Shown here one piece after another: positions 49,060 to 64,000 of a stretch of 64,000 nucleotides of DNA. A program made the position numbers and the translations under genes. The notes under the pieces are model-generated. The model was given only the letters and a program-made list of their open reading frames with translations, searched no databases and had not been told where the DNA came from. Origin of the DNA: Flaccisagitta enflata (lineage: Eukaryota); contig OZ231126.1 in assembly GCA_965153355.1 (NCBI GenBank), positions 5,456,001 to 5,520,000 on the forward strand, in the 5' to 3' direction. How positions within the stretch are numbered: position 1 is the first letter of the stretch; each line of letters opens with the position of its first letter.

Positions 49060-50076
49060 TGTTACGATCCTGAATTCGTCTCTCAGGCCACGCGGCGCGG
49101 AAAAGACTCACTCGATGGCTAAAGAGAAAGACGCTTGAACGGCGCCGCCTCTCGGCGCCTACGACGCCGCCTCTCGACGCCGACGACGCCGCCTCTCAAC
49201 GCCGGCGACGCCGCCTCTCAACGCCGGCGACGCCGCCTCGGTCGCGCGGCGCCGCTCTTCTCCTAATCCACGAACGGCTGCGGGGATGAAGCCAACGCAC
49301 GGACGATCGCGACAACAGATATCCTCAACACGTTGACGGGCGCTTGAGAATGAGACTCGAGAATGCGACTTTAGAATGGGACTTCGGAATGACGGAAGAA
49401 TGGACGGAGGAATGGAAAGAAGAATGGCGATAGGAAGAATGGACAGAAGAATGGCGATCGGAAGAATGGACAGAAGAATGGCGATCGGGCCCAAATGGGG
49501 CCAACGGGACTGATGCTCTGGCTCAAATAAGCCCTTAATAGAGAGACTCTCAACGCATTGGGCCTACGGATTAGCCCCTAAAATAGCCTCTCTACCGACG
49601 GAATTCCTAGCTAGTTTCCTCCCGTTATAAGTTAGCAGGGCATATTTTTGTATCAGCGCAAATATAACTATCATTTCACCATTCTAATGCTGTGTCTCTC
49701 ATTTCTTTGCATATTTATAAAGTACGGGAAATATGGGTCTCTGAAGGCTCAGTTTGGTTTGTAGATATCTGCCTCTGGTCTCACTCTTACGTACGTCTTT
49801 TACCATCTATGTACCATTTTTACCATCTCAAGGTCATTATACCATCCATTATACACTTTATCCATACGATGATGACTGTGGAAACCGGGCTAGGAACTCG
49901 TGCTGTTCGTCTCTGGCTGGTTGGGCCATCCTTGGGGGTCGTGTGGTGGAGATCGCTCTCTTGGGGCCCGCATCCTAGAGGCCCACCTCTCATCATTCTT
50001 ATGTCGACATCGTGCCATGGTGAATATCGTTCCGCCCATTATCATCATCACCACTCCCAAATATCATCTTCTAAAA
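49060..50076 (+). repeat. 3' LTR (1017 bp)
   Basis: Direct repeat of the 5' LTR. The exact 3' end lies within an A run and was set from the 5' LTR/PBS junction. Confidence 0.93.
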
Positions 50077-50080
50077 AAAA

Positions 50081-50870
<790 letters not shown>

Positions 50871-52471
50871 AATCAAGATCACCAGGGCGATTGTCAGCTT
50901 ACAGCCTACTTTGTTTGACTCAACAATGTACACAGACTCTCAATCATCATCATCAAAGCCTCGTAAAAATGGCACTCACCCAAAAAAAAGAAAGACCAGG
51001 AATTTGAGATCAAAGATCACAACAGAAATCACGGTTGAGTGTACGGGTGCCGTGGGGGGCCGGGGTTAGGGGTGGGGGTGTGTGTGGGGGGGGGTTCGAA
51101 ATGGGATAATTTTGAGGTAATGGAGTTTCAAGAGCGGTGGGGGAGAGGGGGGGGATTGTGACGAGGGATTTTGGGCGAGGGGGGGGGTGATTTGGAAATG
51201 AAGGGATTCAATTTTGTGGGTGGAAGACTTGGGCACGGTAGGGACCGGATGAAATAGGGAAGGGGGAAGGGAGAAGGCTGGATGACATGACATGGGGAAG
51301 GGGGAAGGGAAGCGGTGATCTAGATGAAAGTACTTGATGCTTACCAACGATTCTGTTTTATCAATACTTTCTTAACTATCAGAATTTCTTTATTTTCCCC
51401 TTCCTTCGTGCAGCGTGTGAACAATTTTGAGTCTGATTTTCAACAGTTCCGATTTCTTATTAAAATCTGCAACATTTTTAGTCGCTTGCTACGCGACTCT
51501 ACTCCCCGCTTTGTCGGTTCGTCCGTCGGTCCGTCCGTTGGTCCGTCCGTCCGTCGATTTGTCCGTCTGTCACACTTTACTTTTCCGGCGTTAATGGGGG
51601 TTTTGGCCTTATTGCTCCTGCCCAAATGTTCCACTGACGTCAATTATAGCCCCTGCCCACCCGCACGCGACTGGGGTAGCCGTGTATCCGGCCTTGTTGA
51701 TTTAACTATGACATAAGTGAAATAACCATCGTTACTTGACTGAAAGGACGGAATATTTCCTCGCTCAGATATTTCCATCCGTCTCTCTTCTGGATATAAA
51801 ACATTGGAAAACGAGGATTGAAATTACTCAAATTGCAATAATGGATCAATCGTTTTTATTAGTGGCATTCAAGATTGATGATTTCAAATGTGATCGACCA
51901 AAATCAATGGCATAAAAGTTTTTTTCCTTTCCAACTTCTTTTTTCTTTTTTCCCTCTCTTTCGATATCTTTTGTACTTTGATCGTGATAAAACAACAAGA
52001 TTCTAAACCCATTGAGAAAAAAGAATCAGCTTCACTAATAATCTTTCTTTGCAAAAAATATATTATGTCACTTGATCTTATCAAAATTTACGATATTCAA
52101 TCTCAGCGAAAATACATAAAACTCTTTCGAGTGAAGCACATTTATCAGAATTATGGTCCTAGATAAGAAAATGGAAAACATAAGAAAAGGAGGGCTGATT
52201 TGAGGCTCAAGCACGGTGAGTCGGTGATTGTTGACCTAGTAGGGCTGCTTTGAAGCCCAAGAGGACAGAGATGAGGCCTACAAAGGCTGATTTGCGGCTT
52301 CCCCGTGCGGGATTTGGCGGACTTGGGGAATAGGAAACAGAGAAGCAGATTGCCAGATGCGGAATCATAGGTCATCGTCTCCTTCAGAGCCGCTGCCCAG
52401 AAAGCACCGACGAATTGCAACAGGAAACCAGGTCAAGATACCAATTTTGTTTTGCATTATTTTGATTTCTT

Positions 52472-52601
<130 letters not shown>

Positions 52602-54579
52602 ATCTGGGGTCTTAAGCCTTCGTTCCTCTTTTTTCTTTCAACGACCTTCGAATTAAATTCAATCCTCAACAAAATCCAAAACAAAAAAAAGAAAACAAGA
52701 TAAAAATCATTTAAGAAGACAAAAAAAAAAGAAAGAGGAAAAGGAAGTCGGGGACCGACATTTCTTTCTTTTCTTTCTTTTCTTTCTTTTTCTTTCTTTT
52801 TGTTTGTTTGTTTCTTTCTTTTCTTTCTTTCTTTCTTTCTTTTTCTTTCTTTTTTTTCATTATTTAAGATGAGGGACTTGAGGGTCATGATCTTCGCTTC
52901 CGCTCAAAACAAATGGATTCAACCCCCCAACACACACAAGCGTCTTAAGCGCACGTTGTTCCACGTCGTAACTCGTGTTAAGGGACCAGCGGATAAACGG
53001 ACCAAGCTACAAACTAAAACATATGTTGTCTTACTTTCATACATGGTGTTTCATGCCAAAATTGATGTAAGAAAACGATGCCATTCTGCTTCTAAAAATG
53101 CAATAATAATTCTGAAAAAAGATTCAAAGAGCACTTAAGCTCCGATTTTTTGTGTAAAAATTTCATGGGTCTGGGTCAAATATCTTGGCCACAACATCAA
53201 TTTGAAATAAAATGAGCATTTCACAGAGAAGCTCTTTTGACATAATTTTGATTCTTAAAGTTTTTCTTTGAAGCGTTCTCATTTCTAAACGGCTTAAGTT
53301 ACAGATACCAGATTAGTCTCAAATTAAAGTTTATTAATATGTATAGTCATGGAAGATGTACTGACAAAAACCATCTCCCACCCCGTGCCTCAGAAATCAT
53401 GCTCAGAAAATTTTGCGTTACCCACCGACGGACAGACAGACGGACAAATCCTCTTATAGAGATGCGAGGGTGACAGGAAAATTAAAAGGGGGTGGGGGCT
53501 CTGAAAGGAAAGGGGGAAAAAAGAAAAAAAGGGGTAGGAAGGGAATGAAAAAACAAGGTCATTAGACCTAAGTCGCGTGCGTCGGCTCTTTCAAAAAAAT
53601 GTCAGGCAGACAGACAGATACAAATTTTTTCAAAAGCATTTTTTTACGCCTCTAAATTTCTTTTCTGCCATTCAGAGCCATCAAAAATGCGATAAAAAGC
53701 CTTAAAAATAACTTTGTAGCAGACGGACGGACCGATGGACTGACCAACCAACAAAGTGGCTTATAGAGTAGCGTAGCACGCGACTAAAAAGGTAGGTTGA
53801 TACGAAGAACTTGGACAGTTAGGATAAAAGGACAGCTCGGTAGATAAACTGATCAACGGAGAGACAGACAAATGGATAAATTCTCTCATCTGCTTTACAA
53901 CAAAAATACCCCATCAAAAAAAAAAAGAATTCTTTAAAAAAGAGTCTAACCGCAACGAAAAAAAAGAAATATCACTTTCACATCTTTTGGCTAAAAAATA
54001 ATCATCGCGATATTTCACATCAGAAATCAAGTCAATTTAAGAAAAAAATCAAGTTTGCAGAAACCACATGAATGCGCCTCAAATGTCTGGTTTTAATTTG
54101 TTGCATGAAGAGAATCCTGGGTGTTGAATGCGAAACAGCATCGACCTCCACATTGAATTTGATCAGGTCAAGAACGGGCATCAAGATGACTGACATCATG
54201 CATCAGGGTGACTGAGAAAAAGTATCGTTGACCGCTTGAATGTAATTGTTTGGTGCATATGATTCTACTGTTACATGGTAGATTGCGTTGTAGCATTTGC
54301 TTGCTATTCTCGCATCTGTGAGCGCCTCATTGCCCCTTTCTAACTACACATTCAGGATTTTTGAGTTTTAAGTCGCGGACGAGTAAATGAATACGTTGCT
54401 GTGTCAGTCCGTCAGTCGGTATGTCCGTCAATGTAAGTTTTGGTCTTTTTGCGATTTTCCTATGACCTCCCCTACCCCACCGTAAGCGACTAGGGGGCCA
54501 TTTACCCGGCTTTTTTTCTTACCGCTGCTGTACTGTTTGCTTGCTTCTGTCCTTCTTCATTTTAAAAACCCTGAAAATA

Positions 54580-54677
<98 letters not shown>

Positions 54678-57158
54678 AGCGCTCTCAGAGCACGTATATT
54701 TTTGTTTCTTACGCTTTTCAAACTTGAGTATGGAAGAAATTAGAAGAGGTCGCACATGTGTCATGTCAACAAAATAAGGACGTTAACATTACGAAACACC
54801 CCCGACCGGGCAAAGATGCGTCCTGACTGTGTCCTTACATGTTTCGAATATGGCGATAGACATGTCAGATACATGGAAGGACAGATATCTCGCTCACAGT
54901 GGGCTTTTTTGGGCAAACCTTTCTCAAAACCTCCAGAAGCTTCTAACCTAATTTTTTTTGCACAGTTGAACCCTGTAAGTGTAATAAATGCCCTAGCAAG
55001 CAAAAATATCCAGCTTTATGGGCCCCAGGGGCCCCAAAGGGCCCTGAAGAACCCAAAAACAGGTTTTTGAGGAATTTGAGGTTTTTTTTCAATGTTATCA
55101 TTTTCTATTTTGGTTATTTATGGTAAATTTCAACCATATTAATGTAATAGATGCCCTAGCAAGATAGAATTTCCAGAGGTAAAGGCCCTAGGGGCCCCTA
55201 ATGGCCCCCAAAGGCCGTAAAAGTAGGTTTTTTAGGCTTTATTAAGCTTTTTTTCGCATAAAATCAGGTTTTATTTTTATGTACAGTGTAAATTTCATCT
55301 TTGTAAATGTAATAGAGGTTTTACCAAGTAAAATTTTTGGGTGTTATGGGCCCTAGGGGCCCCTAGAGATCGTAAAAGTAGGTTTTTTAGGCTATTTTTG
55401 TTTTTTTTTTGCTAACAATCATGGTTTTTTTTGTTGTTCACAGTGAATTTTAATGTTGTTAATGTGAAAGAGGTTTTAGCAAGCAAGATCTTAAAATATT
55501 ATGGGCCTCAAGGGCCCCTAGGGACCCTAAAAGACGTTTTTTTTTAAAAAGATATTTTTTTCAATTTTTTTTTAAATATTGCAAATTTCACCTTTTAAGA
55601 TAATAAGCCTTCTCTTCTGCTTCTTTTACTTTCTTTCTCTTTCTCTCTTCTTTCTTTCTCTTCTGTTTCTTCTTCTCTCTCTTTTCTCTCTTCTTGTCTT
55701 TTCCTCCTCCTCCTCTCCTCTTTTTCTACAGTCCAACACTTTTGTTATAAAATCAGTGTCCTGTTCAGCTGTCATCTTAGAGATGTATGAATCACAGCCA
55801 TATTCTCATTTACTGGAAATTGTTGCCACCCTCCTCCTCCTCCTCTTCCTCTCCCCCTCTTCCTCCTCTTTCTTTATACAATGCCACAAGTTATCATTAA
55901 AACCAATGTCCTGTTATAGCTGTCATCTCAAAGATATATATAGATAGGCCAAATGCTCAATTTACTTGAGATTAGCTGTTTCCGCCACACCTTCCTCCTC
56001 CTCCTCCTCCTCCTCCCTCCTCCTCCTCCCTCCTCCTCCCCATTCCCTATAACCAACCATCTCATTCACATAAACTCTAACAAAAGAACAGCAAACAAGA
56101 CTACACTTTTTAACAAACAATTGCTTAGTAGGAGCTGAAATAGATTATTACCAATGAGCTGCATATCAAATTGCTTTCCTTTTAAGACACGGAAAATAGC
56201 AAGGTCCTATTTCTCCAAAATGGTGAGAGGTACCATATATGGAAACTAACCCTTGTAGGCCATCACCAAAAGGTAGAAATTCATCTCAAAAAGTACCTTA
56301 AGTCCCTGTAAATATAGGTAAAAAAATAAAACTGTTTTTGCTCTTCCCTTCCATATAGGGATTACAAGTTACTGAATTTAAAATTGCTTTTAGTATTGTA
56401 AATAAAAACTATGAGAGGTACTCATATATGGAAACCTGATTATGAAACCCATCTCTCTTTCAAATTTCATTAATGATATTACTTAATGTTTGGGTGTACT
56501 ATGAAAAAAAAAAAATTGCTGACCCTTTTTATAAGAAATAAGCCTCGCCAGGCCATTTTAGAGCGCTCTAGCCCCCCCCCATGAAAAAATCAGCCAAAAT
56601 TGTGATTGGTATTTTACATACTAACCACTAACTTTCATTTTCAGCCATATTTGCTTCATTTCTTTCACTTTTAAATTTTGACAAAATTTGCCATTTCAGC
56701 CTCCAGAGCCAGAGTCTGGGTGATTACATAGTGGGCACCTAGTTCCGGTTAAGTTAGGGTTCTATGGCTGGTTAATATCAATCATATAGTTCAAAGATTA
56801 GGTTTGGCGTTTTTTGTTTCTCCATTTTTGGCATAGAAGTGCCCTCTGAGGTACTGAGAAGGGTCGGCCCACAGTGTCGCTCAAAACCTGTTTGTCGATC
56901 GATAGATTTAGTGTAGGATCTCTCTGTGGCCAGAAACAGCTGGGAAACGCGGTTTTTGCACAAGCGTAACAGACATACGGACGGACGGACGGACGGACGG
57001 ACGGACGGGCGGACGGACGGACGAACCGACGGTCGTACAATCCCTCTTATAAGTTATAGAGATGCGTTTGTGACGGACGCATCTAAAAAGACGAGGATTC
57101 ACATGAGCCAATGTCATGAGAACGTCCACACCACAAAAAATGGAGGACATTCATACTA

Positions 57159-57502
57159 CCGTATTTCCTCTAATTAGCGCCCCTCCTCTAATTAGCGCCC
57201 CCCTCTTTTTGAAAAAAAAATCGTTATTATAAATCCACTTTTCTATTCATTTAAAATTGTCAAAAAAACATTTTTCTACTGTGTTATTTGTTTTTTTAAC
57301 TTCCTGAGTGGATTTTTGTGATGAAATCTGATGAAATCAGACATTTTGATCACTTCCTACTCAAAATCTTCCGTTTTATTGTAATTTTCAGTATTTTATT
57401 CATTCTCTGACATAGTACATGGGGCGCTAATTAGAAGGTAAAACAGGCAATGTCATTTCTTAATTTTGTAAGCGCCCTGGGCGCTAATTAGAGGAAATAC
57501 GG
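57159..57502. mobile_element. pogo/Tigger-like MITE
   Basis: TIR CCGTATTTCCTCTAATTAGCGCCC, TA TSD. Confidence 0.8.
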
Positions 57503-58080
57503 TATTCGGTAAATGTACATATCATAAAGATCAGAGTCTGTACTGCGCTTGGGAGGATATTGATAACGCCTGTCATTAGAAATCATTTATCAATCATCAT
57601 CATGAACAACCATCGACCATCAACCAAAGCCTTCATCAATATCCTCACGTTTGTCCTCCCCAACATTGGATGGAAAAAAGAAAGCCGGTTTTGAGAAATG
57701 GCCTCCCCTGGCCTTCTCGCCTCCTCTTCTTCCTCCTCATCCTCTTCTTCCTCCTCTTCAGGCTAAGTCACGTCCAAACCGCAAAAACGATTGGTTAATT
57801 GCGATCAGATCGAAAACTTGATTCCAATGACTCATCGCTATCATCATCATCATTATCACTATCATAATCGAAAACAGGACGGAAAAAAAGATGAAAACTT
57901 ACTCTTTAAAAAGAATATTCTATATCCTGAAAGACGATCGATTTTGTTTTACTGTTGGCGGTTGCACGGGTATTTTGGGAGACAAGGTGGGTGAATTGAA
58001 CGAACAATTTTGACAACAAACAGCAACAAACACCCAAAATAATGTTATCAATAAAAGCAAAAATAAACAACCAACGTGCG

Positions 58081-58142
<62 letters not shown>

Positions 58143-59345
58143 GGATCTCATCGAACTACATTAAGAAGTTATAATGCATAATCACGGACATTTGACTCTT
58201 ACATATGTATATCCAAAAATAACCTCCAGCAAATTACCATAGAAATCTTGGAAAATAACCCATCATCACTTTTTTGGAATAATTCATGGATAGAAAAAAA
58301 AATCAAATATCGGGGAACTTCTCACGTCTTGGGGGTGGCCGGGTGGGGGGGGCCTCAACGCTGAGAGGGGGGTCAGTTTAAACGTCTTGCGATGGGCTGG
58401 GGAGGTTCAACACTGTGAGGGGGGTCAGTTTTTCACGTCTTGGGGGTGAGGGGGGGGGGGTTTCAACGCTGTGAGGGGGGTCATTTGGTTGCACGTTGTG
58501 GCTCTCAACTCAACGTTCTTGAAGAAAAGAATGAGTCATGAATTCAACAAGGCCGGATAAACAAAGAGATCGGTTACGCGTATAGCGTACAATGGGATAG
58601 GAGCAGAAGTGACAAAAAAAATAATGAATTTGGCCAATATCCAGTCATTGAAAACGATGCACTTCCAAACTACGGGCTAACCAACGGACAGATTATGCAC
58701 AACACTATCTCGCAACCGAAAACAAGGCCGGATATACGGCACCAGCGTCGAGGACGGTTAGGCAGTGGGCCAAGGCGTAGAATCGCGTGTCCGCGACTAA
58801 AGATTGTGGTTTCTCAATCGTATGTGGTTATTTTTTTTCTTCGGTTTCAGCATTGAAGTTACACATACAAAATAAACTGGCCTCTGGTCTTTGAAAATGT
58901 ATACTTTCCATAGATCTCTCAACTACTTTAAGATCGATATCAAAACTTTGAACTTTAAACTTTTTCAGATATAATATTACAAAAAATAACTGTGATTCAA
59001 GATTTACCATCTTTTCTTCTTTGCATGTTTTGATCAAAACCATGTTTCATTCTGAAAGCGGATGGATGGCCGCTCCATCCCTTACGCTTTGTTTCAAGTT
59101 GCGGACACTCTATAATAGGCTTTTTCCGTTCGTCCGTCCGTCCGTCCATCCGTCCATCCGTCCGTTGGTCTATCGGTCCGTCGGAGGTCATCGAGTTGAA
59201 AAGTGCGGAAAACGAGCGTTTTAGATACTTTTTGTGCATGGTTTAGTGTGGGGAGTAGGTTGGAGTGTGGCTGGGGGATAGATGCCCCTGCCCAGCCTTA
59301 CGCAACGATATTGTGACCCCGCGTCACTTGTTCTATCTCGCTCTC

Positions 59346-59383
<38 letters not shown>

Positions 59384-59915
59384 GGAAAACATCAAGCTTG
59401 ATCAAGACAAAAATTCCTGAAAAAGGATACACAATAATAATCACAATAACAGATGACCTTTCAGTCAGACCTTTCAACTAGGTGCTATCAACTTACGTCC
59501 CCTAGTTATTCATTCACATTTCAAAGAATAAAAGTGCCATTTCATAAAAAGACTGGTCCGTTTTTTCTTATCAACTTTGTAAATATGATGTTAATTTCAT
59601 TAATCTGTGCGAATATCAAAACACCTGGTTGTCAGGGGCCGATCCTTCCATAATCTATTTTACCTCAGCTCACTCAACTATCACGCTTTAACATTTTGTT
59701 CCTTCCCATCCTCATTCTCCTCATCCACACTCTCCTCATCCTCAAACTCCTCCAGCTACTCCTCTTCCTCATCTTAGATCTCCTGTCATCCTGTCTTTCC
59801 ATTCCTTACCTGTTTTCTTTTTAACTTACTTTTACAGAAAGAAAAAAAACTTCCCTCTTAAATGATTTCAACTCGAATTTTCAACGCATCGTTAACTCAC
59901 TCTCTAACTTCCCCT

Positions 59916-60003
<88 letters not shown>

Positions 60004-60097
60004 TCTTCGCTCTTTTGCTTCTTCACTTTTTTTTCTCCACTTTCTAGAACAAATCTCAGACAGAATGGGGATATTTGTAGGTTGGAAAGGTTGGTTT

Positions 60098-60246
<149 letters not shown>

Positions 60247-60790
60247 ATGATTCTCTAGAAACTTAGAAAGAAGCAGGGAATCTTAAATCCTGGACGTCAT
60301 CGCAGAAGAGCTGATTTTTTTTTTTTTTTCTTTTTTTTTTTTGATGACCCCAACAAAAGATGGACAATTGATGGAATCTCAAGCCAATGAATTAAGGCCA
60401 AGTAGGCCAATAACGTGCGACGTTTGGATTGTCGAACGTTACCAACAGACCGACAGACCAACCGACAGACCAAAGGACACAGCCAATTATAGTGGTGGTT
60501 TGTCGTACCTAAAAAAGGAGTTCTTAAAAACAATTTAAAAACATTTTGCTTCTTCTATTTTTCTTCAATTACCCAAACTTTGACATTAATCATCAATATT
60601 CAACCAATTTTTCAAGTGGTGGTCGAACAAGCTATCTCTGAACAGACAAAATCCAAACAAACAAAACATGAATCATTCTATTAGTCCCAAACAGTGGTCT
60701 GTAATTTCCCTTCAATAATCTGAGATATTCTAAGGGAAACCCACTCGGTCACGCAAATTAACCTAAATTTGACAATTCTTTACACTAACA

Positions 60791-60830
<40 letters not shown>

Positions 60831-61493
60831 ACAGGTAGTGTGCCTTGCGGGTTGGGTCGGTGTGCTGGACGGATTGTTTAACTTCCCTGCTTCAACTTTA
60901 AGGGTTTTCCTCTTCTCCTTTAAAACTTGAATTTCTTTTTTTTCGTGAAATTTTCTTGATGTATCGAAGAAAGTTGACTTGACATTCGCTTTTGGCCTCT
61001 TACTGTTAAGCTATTCGCAGCTTCGAGGGCAGGAACTACTTGTTTTAGTGGTGATTGAAATTAGATTGATTACAACTTTAATACAAAGCAACGCAACGCA
61101 ACGATACATTTACTTGCCAATGAGATTAAGTAAATAAAACGGGCACTTTGTTTTAGTCAAGATTCAGACCGTGTCGTGTAAATGATAGTGTGTGATGGGA
61201 TGCGTCCATAGAATGGCAGCCTAGTATTGGTGCCCTCGGGAATCGTCCGTCGCGTCTGTACCGTATTTTTAGGGGTTCCGGCAATTTATGACCTGACCAA
61301 AAAAAAGAGGGTAACGACCCAGATTCTCTTAAAACAATCGGCTAAAAAATTTGTCTTTCTTTCAAGATCTGATTTTGTCAGCCCCAGCCTAGGATTTTTT
61401 TTTATATTCTTTTTTTCGTGCGTAAACAACGATGTTTTTTTTCTTTCTTTTTTTTGCAAGCTTCATAAGCAGCTTTCTTAGGGTTTTCCTAAG

Positions 61494-63590
61494 CAGTCAG
61501 TGGACAAACCGGTATAGGTATAAATCTCTACCGGTCGTAACAATTCTCAGAGAAAGATCATTTCAAATGTTAGGTTAATCACTAAGTCAAAGAATCTTTC
61601 TTAGCTTAGGAAAAAGCTAAGATCAGAGACATTTCTACAGAGAGGCCATGTAAAATGATGAAAAATCATGTTTTTCAAAAAGTCATCATGACCAATATTT
61701 TCAGATGTGAAATTTTGTGTAGATTACAAATTTGAAGGTTTCACTGAGCATATGAGCAGCCAAGGTATGCTGGAACAGCTCGTCAACAGCATCATTGGAG
61801 ACCTCTCCACAACTCATGGAAAACTATATGCAGTGAATATCATTTTTGATAGATCAGATCAGTATGTTTTACAGTTTTGTATAGAATATGAAGAAAATAG
61901 AAAAACAAAAATTTGAATAAGGGTCACAGCCCTCTCACAGCAAGATCAGGTGAAAAGTAACATTACTGTAGGTTTTTTTATTGTTTTGTACAGAATCTGA
62001 GCTCTTTTTACTGGAACTAATGAAGATAAAATCTTGTCAAGAGCGCTTTTTGAGATTTTTATAAAAATTGATGGTTTTTAGCCTTCTTTTTCCCGTAGAT
62101 TCAACTGGGTATTTCAAAAATACTTTTTGTCAGCAAATTTGTATTCCTCATGAAATTTCCATTCATTTGATAGGTCGCAACATATACTTTTACATAAAAA
62201 TAAGATTTTCAGTTTTTAAGCCACCGTTGCAAAATTGTAACGGGGGCTTAAAAATGGAAAATTGCAGTTTTGGATGAAATCGTATAGTGCGACCTATCAA
62301 ATGAATGGTAATTTCATCAGGAATTCAAATATGCTGTCAAAAAAGATTTTTAAAATACCCAGTAGAATCTACATTGAAAAAAAGGGTAAAAACCATCAAT
62401 TTTTATGAAAATCTCTAAAAGCGCTCTTGACAAGATTTTGTCTTCATTTGTTCCAGTAAATGGAGCTCAGATTCTATACAAAACAATGAAAAAACCTACA
62501 GTAATGTTACTTTTCTCCGGACCTTGCTGTGAGAGGGCTGTGGGGTGTGTTGCACCTTCTTGTCAACTGCATCACTGAAGGATCCCCTCTATGACAGGCC
62601 ATGCAAATGGCAAAATAATGAATAATTTTGTTTTTCAAATAGTCATCAGAACCAATGTATTTAGACATGTAATTTTGTGTCGATTACAAATCAAAGGTGT
62701 CACTTGGCATTTGAGCGCACAAGGTATGCTGGAACAGCTCGTCAATAGCATCAGTAAAGGACCTCTTCACAAATCATTTAGAACCATATGCGACTGAAGT
62801 AATTTTGTTTTCAGATAAGTATGTTTCAGAGCTTTGTATAGAATATGACAAAAAACAAAGATTTAAAGAAGGGTTTGTTGCACCTGCTTGTCAACTACAT
62901 CACTGAAGGATCCCCTCTATGGGGGGCCATGCAAAACAATCAAAAATTATGTTTTTTTCAAAAAGTTATCTTTTCCAATGTATTAAGACGTATAACCTTG
63001 TTTCAATTACAAATCTAAAGGTGTAACTTGGCATTTGAGCAGTCAAAGTATGCTGGAACTACTTGCCAACAGCATCATTGAGGGCCCTCTCCATAGTTCA
63101 TCCAGAACTAAAAGCAGCAGAAGTAATTTTGATTCCAGATAAATCTATTGTACAGCAATTGATTGAACAAGGAAAAAAATTGCATTATGGTGTGCGGGAG
63201 CTGCTTGTCAAATGCATCACTGAGGGATCACCTCCACAAGTGGCTTCTTTTGCAAGGACATTTTTAGTTGTGTGTTATGCAACTCTACAGTGTACACCCC
63301 GCTTTGTCCGTCCGTCCATCCATTGGTCGGTTGATTGGTTGGTTAGTCAGTTGGTTCCCTTTTAACATTTTTGGCATTTTTGAGCTTTTTGAGCTCACTG
63401 CTCCTGCCCAAATGCCCTAGTGACCTTTTCTGTCAACACTCGTGCCCACATGCAACTAGGGTAGCCGTGTATCCGGCCTAGTTTTGGCAGTAAAATCTAC
63501 TGATATGCATAGAATAAGAGGAAAAAATACTGAAACCAATTGTCAACTGCATCACAATTTTGTCTTCATAACAACTTCATATGCTCAATT
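61494..63590 (+). mobile_element. Left part of a second copy of the 12468-16694 family
   Basis: Same CAGTCAGTGGACAAACCGGTATAGG terminus and internal repeat blocks; right end not seen in the window. Confidence 0.8.
61925..62542. mobile_element. Palindromic MITE with CAC...GTG ends (CMC/Chapaev-like)
   Basis: CACAGCCCTCTCACAGCAAG inverted termini, GGGT 4-bp TSD, arms inverted almost throughout. Confidence 0.75.
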
Positions 63591-63595
63591 ATAAG

Positions 63596-63853
63596 TAGAG
63601 ATGCAGAAGCGGAAGCGGAAGCGGAAGCGGAAGCACCTGGAAGCGGTACTTTTTTAGTGAGAGTGGAAGCGGAAGCGGAAGCGCACTTTTGTAATTCATT
63701 GGAAGCGGAAGCGGAAGCGAAAGCAGATTTTTTTTAACTCATTGGAAGCGGAAGCGGAAGCAAAAAAAGAAATTTGAGCCAATTGGAAGCGGAAGCGGAA
63801 GCGGAAACGTCTTATTAGGCGCTTCCGCTTCCGCTTCCGCTTCCACATTCCTT
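63596..63853. mobile_element. Small MITE with (GCGGAA)n subterminal arrays
   Basis: GCGGAA repeats followed by inverted TTCCGC repeats and imperfect short TIRs. Confidence 0.55.
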
Positions 63854-64000
63854 ATTCATGATGGTGGTAAAACACATGGTAAAGTCATGGTTACTGTCAC
63901 TTAATGTATGCAACATGGGAAAAGTACTAAGATCATTAGACCACATGGGGAAAGAAAATGGACTGGAGATAGGAAGAGAGAATCTTTCATTTGTTCATTT

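Larger units (their letters stand above)
35247..50076 (+). mobile_element. Full-length Ty3/Gypsy LTR retrotransposon (14.8 kb) with an extra third ORF
   Basis: Two ~1-kb direct LTRs, AAAA 4-bp TSD (35243-35246 / 50077-50080), PBS, gag, and pol in PR-RT-RH-IN order. Confidence 0.97.

Overview
Repeat-rich animal (probably invertebrate) genomic DNA with two main components. (1) On the minus strand, 21 GT-AG exons (30143 down to 3690) splice in consistent phase into the central/C-terminal part of an androglobin (ADGB): globin helices split by an IQ motif. The N-terminal calpain exons were not found. About eight of its splice junctions are locally duplicated or tandemly amplified into the adjacent intron. 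Its globin appears to have His at E7 and a ~50-aa EF-loop insertion. (2) On the plus strand, a full-length 14.8-kb Ty3/Gypsy LTR retrotransposon (35247-50076) with ~1-kb LTRs, AAAA TSD, tRNA-Gly PBS, frameshifted gag and an intact 1703-aa pol. In the env position it carries an intact 874-aa third ORF whose C-terminal ~450 aa resemble the MUT-7/Nibbler/EXD3 small-RNA 3'-5' exonuclease, a candidate transposon-encoded modulator of piRNA/siRNA silencing. The rest is nested foldback/MITE DNA elements, DINE/HINE-like short repeats, a decayed transposase-like ORF and long microsatellites. All homology calls are by eye and from recalled reference sequences; no searches were run.
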